64,000 nucleotides of DNA from a virus. The DNA lies in the IMG/VR virus record IMGVR_UViG_3300027996_000014, positions 24,209-88,208 of that record, one strand, 5' to 3'. How positions within the stretch are numbered: the first letter of the stretch is position 1; every line of letters starts with the position of its first letter. Both the position numbers and the translations under genes were made by a program. Positions 1-8,163 of the stretch are shown piece after piece. Under the pieces are notes generated by a model that worked only from the letters and a program-made list of their open reading frames with translations, had not been told where the DNA came from and did not search any database.

Positions 1-121
1 TTTATTATTTAAAAATACTTAGCGAGTATTTAAGCTGAGACCACCTATAATTTAACCCCTACTAAAAATGGGCAAGGGGAAAGTAGTCCCCCGTAAAAAA
101 TAACCCTTAAAAACTTAGGAC

Positions 122-430
122 ATGAAAAATTTAAAATTAGACAGGTTAGCAAATCTGGTACAGACTTACGGAGCTAAGTTGTACAAGCAAGGAGAATCAT
201 TGGGTACCGTTGTCGTAGGACAAGAAGGCGTTACCATTGACGGAGAAGCATTAGTAATACCTAACGGTGAAGAAGGTACAATGTATATACCATTCAGACG
301 AGGTATAGTAGGTGAAGAAGGTAAGACGTACGAACTTCACGTATTCACAGCAGAACGTGATGCCAATGGTACGTACAACGGTGAAGCATGGTCAGTAACC
401 AAAGGTCACGAGAAGGTATTTGCGTCATAA
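122..430 (+). CDS. hypothetical early protein (102 aa)
   Basis: Clean ORF after an A-rich leader and followed by a terminator; less AT-biased codons than the backbone; no recognised family. Confidence 0.75.
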   Translation: MKNLKLDRLANLVQTYGAKLYKQGESLGTVVVGQEGVTIDGEALVIPNGEEGTMYIPFRRGIVGEEGKTYELHVFTAERDANGTYNGEAWSVTKGHEKVFAS

Positions 431-436
431 TAGTAC

Positions 437-469
437 ACCCACAATGTCGAAAGATGTTGTGGGTTTTTT
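437..469 (+). terminator. intrinsic terminator
   Basis: ACCCACAATGTC-GAAA-GATGTTGTGGGT hairpin followed by a T-run directly after the 122..430 stop. Confidence 0.85.
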
Positions 470-805
470 ATAACTATGTAATATACTTACAACTTACAGT
501 TATTTGGTCCTATTCTAACACTAATTAACTGAACTCTCAGTACTCAAGTAGTACTTGCATATGAACACGCTAAGATATTCATTATTAATACCTTATAATC
601 ATGAAAAATGATGACAATGTTGTTGTTAACGGTTGTTGTACTACACTCGCATGGCTTCTAAATCCTAATGGATAAAGCCACAATATCAATTTGATATAAT
701 ATTTATAGCTCAATATTAATTACACAGGATATGTAGAGACTTCCACGTACTCGAACGGCTTATGTAACAATAATCTATAATATACAGTACAACACCTTAA
801 CTCAT

Positions 806-840
806 AAGAACTCAGTGAATAATAGTAGCTGAGTTCTTTA
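806..840 (+). other. 10-bp perfect hairpin (terminator or RNA element)
   Basis: AAGAACTCAG (806-815) / CTGAGTTCTT (829-838), followed by an AT-rich tail. Confidence 0.55.
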
Positions 841-854
841 TTATTAACATTAAA

Positions 855-1010
855 CTCTCATACAATAGTAGCATTACCCTTGGTAGATTGACCTCTCATA
901 TTAGAATTAAACAGTCAATCCACACGGAAAATCCCTTTAATTATCTATTTAATCATTAAAAGATTAATAAGATAACAGGATATGCATCAAGGATTAGAAC
1001 CTTGTGAGAG
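855..1010 (+). ncRNA. candidate structured RNA module (multi-branch)
   Basis: Nested helices CTCTCATA/TGTGAGAG, CCTTGGT/ATCAAGG, GATTGAC/GTCAATC, ATCC/GGAT; no ORF; G-U pairs favour the + strand. Confidence 0.45.
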
Positions 1011-1060
1011 CTTATTATTTAATGACAAAAACATAAGTTTTAACCATTAAATATATTAAA

Positions 1061-1183
1061 ATGATAGTAGTAAAAACAGGAAAAGAGCTTGATAAACTCT
1101 GGAACGAATTAATGCAAAAATCAAGGTGCAACCTTGTAGAGAAGATATTGATATATACTCACGAGGTATATATTATAGAGTAA
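1061..1183 (+). CDS. small hypothetical protein (40 aa, MIVVKTGKELDKLWNELM...)
   Basis: Manually translated; A-rich Bacteroidota-type leader TAACCATTAAATATATTAAA. Confidence 0.5.
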   Translation: MIVVKTGKELDKLWNELMQKSRCNLVEKILIYTHEVYIIE

Positions 1184-1952
1184 TAGGTACTGCAGTACTG
1201 ATAAGTGAGACTAGCGACAGCCCTTAGCCCTTGTTACAACAAGGTGGTCTAAGACGGAATATGAAGAAGTTTTATTTTACTTGTACTTATTAAAAACATT
1301 ACCTTCTGAAGAGTTACCTCAAGCACATAGAAGATGTAAAACTGCGCAGGATGAACCTGCTGAGTTAGCTCACTCTTAGAGGTGGGCAGGTAATAATATT
1401 GGTCAAACCTATGACCATGTGACTATAACCGTATCCTGTGAAATTCAGTATAAATATAGAAAACCGACTTTAATCACAAAAGAAAGGTAAGGGAAAGTGT
1501 GACCTCTGTTAGATACAAGTTAAGATGCATATAACCTTATCCAGTGTACCCTTGAAATGCCATTTGAGAGGGAATCGTAAGCGTTAACTATAACGTGCTT
1601 TAAGCAATATAATAGTACACTGAGGAGTTGGCGGCAAGAGATAAATCGGCTCATGGTCCAGTTGCCGAGTGCCTAATAAGAGAGTCTGGAGTACCAGTAG
1701 AAATAAGCACTTATTTATCTCGTGACCATTGAAAGATGGTACTAATACATAATAAAGCTAACCTCTTGACAATGTTAGGACTTGTAAAGTCAAGTATAAA
1801 AGCATACTAACAAGGTATGGTGGTGTATATAACACGTAATAAACTCCTACTAAGATGAAAGCACCTTGTTTATTTATTAATAAATTACTTTATATAATAA
1901 TGTGGTTTCACCCTATTGGCTTAGCTCTGTGTAAATCCCACATTTATTATAT
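1181..1952 (+). ncRNA. cluster of candidate structured RNA modules or one large ornate ncRNA
   Basis: ORF-free, GC-enriched 770 nt with many nested helices (listed in findings). Confidence 0.55.
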
Positions 1953-1976
1953 TATTAACCCTTTAAACTTATAACA

Positions 1977-2144
1977 ATGAAAAATTTAATAACATTTATA
2001 TTGATGATTACATTAGTATCATGCGGTACTTCTAAACATAAATCATGTACTAAAACAAAAACTTATCGAGTTAAAACTAATAAACAAAAGTTTAACTCAA
2101 ATAAAAATAATAGTTCTTTTAATAAAAAAAGACATAACTTATAA
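1977..2144 (+). CDS. small lipoprotein (55 aa)
   Basis: MKNLITFILMITLVSC: signal peptide with lipobox LVS-C; basic C-terminus. Confidence 0.7.
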   Translation: MKNLITFILMITLVSCGTSKHKSCTKTKTYRVKTNKQKFNSNKNNSSFNKKRHNL

Positions 2145-2183
2145 TAAATTATGTCTTAAATTAACCCTTTAAATACTTATATT

Positions 2184-2510
2184 ATGAACAGATTTAACCT
2201 CATTTGCAAGTTCTTACGTGGTAAAAACATGCTATCAATCGAAACAATTAATCATTATTTAGATAATCCACATTTAATGGATGATATTGAATTAATGCTA
2301 TATCCTACTATACAAAAGAAAATTAAAGATTTCATTAAGCTTAACATGAAGCTTAATAAACATATTGATGTTATGTCAATAGTAAATTGTATAGATTTTA
2401 GACCAGATATAGTTGTTGAAAATCTTACTTACTTAATTAATACAGGTCAAGTTAAAAAAGAAATAATTGGATTTAATAGTTCTTACAAGTTAATTAATCA
2501 CTCACTTTAG
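2184..2510 (+). CDS. hypothetical protein, possible C-terminal winged helix
   Basis: ORF track; C-terminal helix-helix-hairpin pattern (LTYLINTGQVKKEI). Confidence 0.6.
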   Translation: MNRFNLICKFLRGKNMLSIETINHYLDNPHLMDDIELMLYPTIQKKIKDFIKLNMKLNKHIDVMSIVNCIDFRPDIVVENLTYLINTGQVKKEIIGFNSSYKLINHSL

Positions 2511-2593
2511 AGTAATTTATAGCTTTAACTTAATTATAATCATTTGTAATATCATATTATTACAAATGATTATATTATTAAAACAATAGAAAT

Positions 2594-2782
2594 ATGAATT
2601 GGAAACATTTAATATTCAGTATTATTATGGTAATAATATGGATAATAATCTTTTTATGGATGATATTTAAATTTGCTGATAATAATAAGAAAAAAAGATA
2701 TCAGTTTTTAAGAGAATCATTCTCACCAATGTCTAATAATATTGAAATTCAAAAAGCTTACGATATAATAAGAAATAAATAG
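2594..2782 (+). CDS. small membrane protein
   Basis: N-terminal hydrophobic helix followed by a basic stretch. Confidence 0.65.
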   Translation: MNWKHLIFSIIMVIIWIIIFLWMIFKFADNNKKKRYQFLRESFSPMSNNIEIQKAYDIIRNK

Positions 2783-2786
2783 TACT

Positions 2787-2939
2787 ATGAAAGAAATAAT
2801 GGACGAAATTAGAAATAAATTTAATAAAGAAATACAAGAGTATCATTCTTTAGAAAATGCTGCAATAATAATAATTTATGATCGTATTGCATCAGAAGTA
2901 TACTTAGAAAAACTATCACAAATGATGGATAGGAATTAA
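2787..2939 (+). CDS. small hypothetical protein (50 aa)
   Basis: Manually translated MKEIMDEIRNKF...; packs tightly between neighbours. Confidence 0.55.
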   Translation: MKEIMDEIRNKFNKEIQEYHSLENAAIIIIYDRIASEVYLEKLSQMMDRN

Positions 2940-2963
2940 TCACATTTAAAAACCATTTACATT

Positions 2964-3413
2964 ATGAAAAATATTTTATTAATAATTACCTTATTTGTAA
3001 GCCTAGTAGGGTTTACACAAAACACTAATAACTTTAGTAATACAGATTTTGTTATAAATGGTCAAATTGAAAATGCAACTAACTGTAACTATATCATATA
3101 TGACATAGATAAAAATGGACTATGGAGATTTCTTGAAAAAGTATCTATTAGTTCAAAATTTAAAATTACTGTTAAAGCTTATAAAAGTTATTTTATAATT
3201 TTTAAGACTAAAAATAAAGCAAAACATTTGTATTTAAATTTAGCAAGTGCTTCAACTGAAAATTCAATTATAGACTTTGAATATGATTCTCATATTGTAA
3301 TGTATTATGATGTGAAATATAGTAAATATTCATTTTACTTAGTTGATGATAATAATCCTACAATACTTAGAAATAAAATGTATGAACAGGATAATTTATA
3401 TAAAAATAATTAA
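2964..3413 (+). CDS. secreted/periplasmic protein
   Basis: Sec signal MKNILLIITLFVSLVGFT-Q, with Gln after the predicted cleavage site (typical of Bacteroidota). Confidence 0.7.
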   Translation: MKNILLIITLFVSLVGFTQNTNNFSNTDFVINGQIENATNCNYIIYDIDKNGLWRFLEKVSISSKFKITVKAYKSYFIIFKTKNKAKHLYLNLASASTENSIIDFEYDSHIVMYYDVKYSKYSFYLVDDNNPTILRNKMYEQDNLYKNN

Positions 3414-3416
3414 AAA

Positions 3417-3636
3417 AATGGTGCTTGGCAGAGTACTATACCCAAAAAGAATAGTTTTAGACTTGGGGAAGTCACATAAACTAAGTTAAAATCTTTTACC
3501 GTTGTATATTGTTAAATTATATATAATAGGTTTTTCGTTAGCTTATCGTGTTGTATAGTAATAGCGGCAGTTAGAACTATGCAATATAAAAATGTTATGG
3601 GGGGAGTATGAGAATTTACTTAGAAACCCCCACAAC
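3417..3636 (+). ncRNA. candidate structured intergenic RNA (three stem-closed modules)
   Basis: AATGGT/ACCGTT enclosing AAAAGA/TCTTTT, TAGTTT/AAACTA, GACTT/AAGTC; GTGTTGTATAGT/ACTATGCAATAT; GTTATGGGGG/CCCCCACAAC. Confidence 0.4.
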
Positions 3637-3663
3637 TTTATCAATCTTTTAATCACACATATT

Positions 3664-4017
3664 ATGAAAATATTATACACATGCCTTATCATGTTATTGA
3701 CAACAACTATGGTAAAAGCTCAGATAGCAGACTTTGAACTGCAAGAATTAAAAATAGATATGAAACAACGTGTATTCAAATGTGAACTTACATTAATCGT
3801 TGATGATATTTATTACCCTATTACTCCACCAAATTTTAGTGGAGATATTATTACTTTTTTGTTAGCAGAAAATCAAGACTATCATATAATAGTAAATAAT
3901 GAAATCTATATAAACATCTCTCAATTATCGAGAGAAGTAATAGATGAACGAGACTTAGATATATCATCTGATGTTTTGTATAAATTTGAAAAAGGAATAT
4001 TAGTGTTTAACTATTAA
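3664..4017 (+). CDS. secreted/periplasmic protein
   Basis: Start moved from 3592 to ATG 3664, which gives signal peptide MKILYTCLIMLLTTTMVKA-Q. Confidence 0.7.
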   Translation: MKILYTCLIMLLTTTMVKAQIADFELQELKIDMKQRVFKCELTLIVDDIYYPITPPNFSGDIITFLLAENQDYHIIVNNEIYINISQLSREVIDERDLDISSDVLYKFEKGILVFNY

Positions 4018-4087
4018 ATACTTAACATTCATGAAATTTCCACAATAAAACATTATAGAGGGGGAGCCCTCCTTATGTTTAAAGGGA

Positions 4088-4123
4088 GAGAGGCTGGTAG
4101 AAGTACCAGCCTTTCGTTTATTT
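4088..4123 (+). terminator. probable intrinsic terminator
   Basis: GAGAGGCTGGT-AGAAGT-ACCAGCCTTTC followed by GTTTATTT. Confidence 0.55.
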
Positions 4124-4285
4124 AAAATAATACAATTACTATAAAACCTTGGTAATTGTACAAACTTATAATCTATCTATAGATTCGTCAGAATTAAATT
4201 CAGTACGCAATTGTTATACATATTAAAGTTTAAATAAAAAAAAGGTAAAATTTAAATCATATAAAAATCTAAAAATTAAATTATT

Positions 4286-4834
4286 ATGAAAAAAGTAGAT
4301 GAATTACAAGCAGGAGAATTACTATTGGTAAGTGCTAAAAGAGTAAGCGGAGATAAAGTTTCGTTATGTTTTGCACAACAAGTAGTTAATCCTAATTCTC
4401 GTCCTCAAGCGATTACGAGTTTATTAAATAAATCAGATGATCGATTTACACAAACTGCAAATGCCCGTTATGCGTGGATTACTGGTGCAGAGGCTGATAT
4501 TTTAGCACAGTTTGAAATAGATTGTTCTGACATCCCTGAAAAAGGAGATGAAAAAGAAGTTGGTATGCTTAACCCAAAAGTTAATGGAGAATACTGTAAT
4601 ATTCAAATTACAGAAACAACTGATGGAAATAAATATGAAGTTGAAAACAGTGAGAAAACTGCAAAACGTGCAGGTAAAGATGGAGATTTCATCTATTCTG
4701 CTGATGGTAAACATATTTTTACTAGAGCTACTGTAGTATTAGGAAAAGCACAACATGTATTTATGAAAGATACACAACGTGGTCAATTAGCATCTTCAGA
4801 TGTTGATTCAGCAATTGATGATGCAATTGCATAA
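4286..4834 (+). CDS. hypothetical protein (beta-rich, acidic tail; possibly nucleic-acid binding)
   Basis: 182-aa ORF with its own terminator; function is inference only. Confidence 0.7.
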   Translation: MKKVDELQAGELLLVSAKRVSGDKVSLCFAQQVVNPNSRPQAITSLLNKSDDRFTQTANARYAWITGAEADILAQFEIDCSDIPEKGDEKEVGMLNPKVNGEYCNIQITETTDGNKYEVENSEKTAKRAGKDGDFIYSADGKHIFTRATVVLGKAQHVFMKDTQRGQLASSDVDSAIDDAIA

Positions 4835-4856
4835 TTTATAAGCTGAGAATATTAAG

Positions 4857-4889
4857 AAAAAGGGGGAAGTTTTACTTTCTCCTTTTTTT
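4857..4889 (+). terminator. intrinsic terminator
   Basis: AAAAAGGGGGAAGT-TTT-ACTTTCTCCTTTTTTT. Confidence 0.85.
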
Positions 4890-4963
4890 ATACTTTAAAA
4901 CAAATTAAAATATAAGTTATTTAAAAATAATAATAATTTATAATTATATTTATAAAACAAGAT

Positions 4964-5077
4964 ATGAAAAAATTAAATTTAGTAGTAATAGGTACACGAT
5001 TTGGGTGTCTAGGAATAATATTAGTTGCTATCATTTGGACAGCTTTATTGGTAAAACTATTTATATCATTAATATAA
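4964..5077 (+). CDS. small membrane peptide (37 aa)
   Basis: Manually translated MKKLNLVVIGTRFGCLGIILVAIIWTALLVKLFISLI. Confidence 0.55.
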   Translation: MKKLNLVVIGTRFGCLGIILVAIIWTALLVKLFISLI

Positions 5078-5096
5078 ACAATCAAAAGCTAAACAA

Positions 5097-5279
5097 ATGA
5101 AAGCAAATAGAAAATTTAATGAAGAACATTGGAGGTTAAAGAGACATTTACGTTCTATACAAGCAGAACTGCTTAATTGCTACGCTATTAATCATAAGTT
5201 CAGCTATGGTAGAAATCCTCACTATTTCCGTGAACAAATAAAAATAACTACACAAAAACTTAAGCCTTATGGAAAATAG
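5097..5279 (+). CDS. hypothetical protein
   Basis: ORF track; overlaps the next start. Confidence 0.6.
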   Translation: MKANRKFNEEHWRLKRHLRSIQAELLNCYAINHKFSYGRNPHYFREQIKITTQKLKPYGK

Positions 5280-5949
5280 AAAAAGACATCAGGTACACAT
5301 GTTACCTACAGAAGATAAGAGTCAGATAGGCTTATGTAAGTACAATGAAAGGAAAGGTATATTTTATGGTGAGACACCAACAATTGAAGACAGTTTAATT
5401 GACCAACACCTCTACTTCACAAATGATGAAGAGATTAAGGAAGGTGATTGGGTGTTATGGTTTTGGGATGGTGGTCAAATAGGAGTTACTGAGCCTCAAC
5501 AGTACTTAGGAGGGGAACAGGTGTTGAATAATGGACATAGAAAAATCACAGCATCAACAGACCCTTATCTGATTAATCAGATTAAACCTTATGACACAAG
5601 TAAACCTTATGGGATTGAGTTTCCTCAACCATCTCAAGCATTCATCAAAGCTTATTGTGAACAAGGTGGAATAGATGAGGTTGATGTTGAGTATGTTAAA
5701 TTTACCAACAGCATTCCTGAGTGTGACTATGACCCAACACTAGGAATGTGTTCAGTATGTAGTGATGTAGCTGATTGTATTCACGACACATATACATACA
5801 AACTCAAACTAAACCCAGACAACACTGTAATCACTCACTTGATTGAGGAGAAGATGTATAGCATAGATGATATTGAGTCTTATTGTGAGAAGTATCCAAA
5901 TGATACTGAGTTAGGTAGAGAGATTAGAAAGCTTAAATATAAACAATAG
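5269..5949 (+). CDS. hypothetical phage protein with Cys-rich insert
   Basis: 226-aa ORF; CxxC-containing segment; C-terminal YPNDTELG motif. Confidence 0.75.
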   Translation: MENRKRHQVHMLPTEDKSQIGLCKYNERKGIFYGETPTIEDSLIDQHLYFTNDEEIKEGDWVLWFWDGGQIGVTEPQQYLGGEQVLNNGHRKITASTDPYLINQIKPYDTSKPYGIEFPQPSQAFIKAYCEQGGIDEVDVEYVKFTNSIPECDYDPTLGMCSVCSDVADCIHDTYTYKLKLNPDNTVITHLIEEKMYSIDDIESYCEKYPNDTELGREIRKLKYKQ

Positions 5950-5956
5950 AGATATG
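5881..5956 (+). repeat. 76-nt diverged direct repeat, copy 1 (copy 2 at 8420-8495)
   Basis: Colinear, 63/76 identical by manual comparison. Confidence 0.9.
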
Positions 5957-6115
5957 ATATTAGATATAATAAGTGTGACAATGTACAAAGACCATAGAGA
6001 ATACGCCCTAAAGAATTACCTAGAGGTTATTGATTGGTATAGAATGCCATTCTATAAGCGTTGGTTCATTAAGAAACCTATATGTGAATATGTCAAGTTA
6101 ACCCCTAAACAATAG
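5954..6115 (+). CDS. cassette mini-gene (53 aa)
   Basis: Starts and ends within type-A junction repeats. Confidence 0.65.
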   Translation: MILDIISVTMYKDHREYALKNYLEVIDWYRMPFYKRWFIKKPICEYVKLTPKQ

Positions 6116-6119
6116 AGAT

Positions 6120-6311
6120 ATGAAAGCACAATATTTTAAAAGAGCTGAAGATGTATTACATCTATTTAATCCAATAACAAGGTTTTTGATTAAGCATAAT
6201 ATAGTTTCTGCTGAAACAACTGTAATTAAATGTAAAGAATGTAAACGAATACCTACCGAAGTTTTTGGTAGTTATTGTTGGGATTGTTTACCTAGACCAA
6301 TTAAACAATAG
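6120..6311 (+). CDS. cassette mini-gene, Zn-ribbon (CxxC...CxxC)
   Basis: CKEC...CWDC; bounded by type-A repeats. Confidence 0.7.
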   Translation: MKAQYFKRAEDVLHLFNPITRFLIKHNIVSAETTVIKCKECKRIPTEVFGSYCWDCLPRPIKQ

Positions 6312-6315
6312 AGAT

Positions 6316-6444
6316 ATGAAAAAGAAAATAAAAGAATGGTTAGAGAATGACCATTATCAAGTATTTAACTCCTTAATGTCTGTAATATTGGGAAGTATAA
6401 TAGCTTTTGTTATTCTTTATTTATGGGGTACTAAGGGGTATTAA
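6316..6444 (+). CDS. cassette mini-gene, single TM helix (42 aa)
   Basis: Manually translated; bounded by type-A repeats. Confidence 0.65.
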   Translation: MKKKIKEWLENDHYQVFNSLMSVILGSIIAFVILYLWGTKGY

Positions 6445-6455
6445 ACAATAGAGAT

Positions 6456-6548
6456 ATGACTGAATTATTCTACTGGATTTGTAGTATAGGATTTATGACA
6501 ACAGTTATAGTTATAGTATTTAACGATAACATATTTAAAGATGATTAA
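6456..6548 (+). CDS. cassette mini-gene, hydrophobic peptide (30 aa)
   Basis: MTELFYWICSIGFMTTVIVIVFNDNIFKDD; starts in a type-A repeat. Confidence 0.55.
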   Translation: MTELFYWICSIGFMTTVIVIVFNDNIFKDD

Positions 6549-6723
6549 TAGTACTAAAGAATGGGATTTTATGGATGATAAAGAAAAAAAGAGGAGTATG
6601 TTTGACGATATAGAAGAAGGTAAAAACCGATTCACATTAGATGACCCTATGGGTAAACTAGTTAAAGAAGCTTTTGATATTATAAAAGTTGTTAAGAAAT
6701 TAAACAAAAATAAAGATGAGTAA
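6541..6723 (+). CDS. cassette mini-gene
   Basis: Ends LNKNKDE in a type-B junction. Confidence 0.6.
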   Translation: MINSTKEWDFMDDKEKKRSMFDDIEEGKNRFTLDDPMGKLVKEAFDIIKVVKKLNKNKDE

Positions 6724-6907
6724 AGAAGATAACATAACAGTACAATGGGAAAAGGAATATGAAAAATGCAAAGACCCTGTATATTTCTATTCTCATTATC
6801 TTATGATAAAAAATACAGATGGTACTATGTCTGTACCACCACCTCTTAGTGATAAAGCTAAAGAAAATATGAGAAAATGGATAGGATTTAAACCAAAACA
6901 AAGATGA
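6716..6907 (+). CDS. cassette mini-gene
   Basis: Bounded by type-B repeats; EYEKCKDPVYF resembles N-terminal segments of some phage terminase large subunits (weak). Confidence 0.6.
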   Translation: MSKEDNITVQWEKEYEKCKDPVYFYSHYLMIKNTDGTMSVPPPLSDKAKENMRKWIGFKPKQR

Positions 6908-7125
6908 AAAGAAATAAAAAGCTATTAATTGCTTTGTTATTACTAACACCAGCAATTATATACATAATATATTTTACAGATAGTTTATCTGTAAAATATT
7001 CATATGTAAGATTAAAGAATAGAACTGAATTTAGAGATGTTCCTGTAAAACGTGTTGACGATATAGGATTTAGAATAAATGGAACCTATTATACAGAATT
7101 TGATATTGATAGTTTAGCATATTAA
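6904..7125 (+). CDS. cassette mini-gene, N-terminal membrane anchor
   Basis: Hydrophobic N-terminus; type-B repeat at the start, type-A at the end. Confidence 0.65.
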   Translation: MKRNKKLLIALLLLTPAIIYIIYFTDSLSVKYSYVRLKNRTEFRDVPVKRVDDIGFRINGTYYTEFDIDSLAY

Positions 7126-7137
7126 AACAATAGAGAT

Positions 7138-7407
7138 ATGAAAAAGATAATGTTAGGTCTAGGTTATTTAACCTGGACAATGTGCAACATTTTGTGCATT
7201 TATGGATTTGGGGTAGGGTTATATAAGTTATTCCAATTAGAGAGTGTAGGAACTATACTTACTTTTTTAGCTTTAGGATTATTTTTCCTATTAATGGCTG
7301 CAATATTAAGCATGTTATGCTTAGGGTTAGTATCTATTGCATTTGGTGATGAAAAGTTAGCAGAAAAAGTAAATAAAGCGCTTCCTTCTTTTATGAGAGA
7401 ACTTTAA
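7138..7407 (+). CDS. cassette mini-gene, two-TM membrane protein
   Basis: Two hydrophobic helices; type-A repeat at the start, type-B at the end. Confidence 0.7.
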   Translation: MKKIMLGLGYLTWTMCNILCIYGFGVGLYKLFQLESVGTILTFLALGLFFLLMAAILSMLCLGLVSIAFGDEKLAEKVNKALPSFMREL

Positions 7408-7422
7408 ACCAAAACAAAGAAG

Positions 7423-7602
7423 ATGAAAAAAGCTGAAGAAATTTTTGTAAGAATAGGGTTTGAAGATATTATAGTACCAATTAAAGATGCTGATGCTGTA
7501 ATAGAAACACCTACACCACAATACTTGGTAGGATATGAAGATGCAGAAGGTAATGAATGTGAAGAAGATGGTACTTATTTAAACCAAAACAAAGATGAGT
7601 GA
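7423..7602 (+). CDS. cassette mini-gene (59 aa, acidic)
   Basis: Manually translated MKKAEEIF...GTYLNQNKDE. Confidence 0.65.
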   Translation: MKKAEEIFVRIGFEDIIVPIKDADAVIETPTPQYLVGYEDAEGNECEEDGTYLNQNKDE

Positions 7603-7774
7603 TAAGAAACTATGTTGGTTTTGTAGCTCAACTTTAATAGACAACAAGGATAGAAGAAACTGTCCAAAATGTTTATGGGAAGAACGTGTTTACAAAAAGC
7701 TTACTAAATCAGATTTTGATAATTTTATTAAAGAAACTAACAAGATATTAAACCAAAACAAAGAAGATGAGTAA
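7595..7774 (+). CDS. cassette mini-gene, Zn-ribbon (59 aa)
   Basis: MSDKKLCWFC...CPKC...LNQNKEDE. Confidence 0.65.
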   Translation: MSDKKLCWFCSSTLIDNKDRRNCPKCLWEERVYKKLTKSDFDNFIKETNKILNQNKEDE

Positions 7775-8015
7775 AATAATTTTCACAACAAAAGATGGGT
7801 ATGATATAACAGAAGGAATAAAATACTATTCTGTTAGAGTAAAAGAATATAAAACAACTAAATCACCATTATGGAGTATGTGTGGACCTTATATTAATCC
7901 TAAAGCACATGAACCAACAGGTGAGATTGAATACTTTTACAAGAAAGAAAATGCAATAGAATTTATAAACCAAAACAAAGATGATGAAGGAATACTACGT
8001 AAAAGAAATACTTGA
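7767..8015 (+). CDS. cassette mini-gene
   Basis: ORF track; reads through the type-B junction INQNKDD. Confidence 0.65.
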   Translation: MSKIIFTTKDGYDITEGIKYYSVRVKEYKTTKSPLWSMCGPYINPKAHEPTGEIEYFYKKENAIEFINQNKDDEGILRKRNT

Positions 8016-8163
8016 AGCTACAAAAACTCAAGTTAAAGGTTTTGATAATTCAAGATTAATCATGGCTATTTTAGATAAATTTGAAGCAGAGGTTAGAGTT
8101 GACCAATGTGATAAAGATAAAGAGATGGCTATGAACATATTAAACCAAAACAAAGATGAGTAA
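7981..8163 (+). CDS. cassette mini-gene
   Basis: Ends LNQNKDE. Confidence 0.65.
   Translation: MMKEYYVKEILEATKTQVKGFDNSRLIMAILDKFEAEVRVDQCDKDKEMAMNILNQNKDE

Noticed and set aside
601-675. 24-aa micro-ORF MKNDDNVVVNGCCTTLAWLLNPNG
   Set aside because: It has a plausible leader but is too short to support without conservation or ribosome-profiling data
1195-1350. Canonical hammerhead ribozymes (CTGATAAG, CTGAAGAG)
   Set aside because: No correctly placed stem II-GAAA-stem III-UH could be built; kept only as unclassified structured modules
720-1650. RNase P RNA or group I intron (AACGGCTTAT, GGGAAAGT, AGATAAAT, GACTATAA words)
   Set aside because: The words are in the wrong order or spacing, and no P4 or P7 pairing could be assembled
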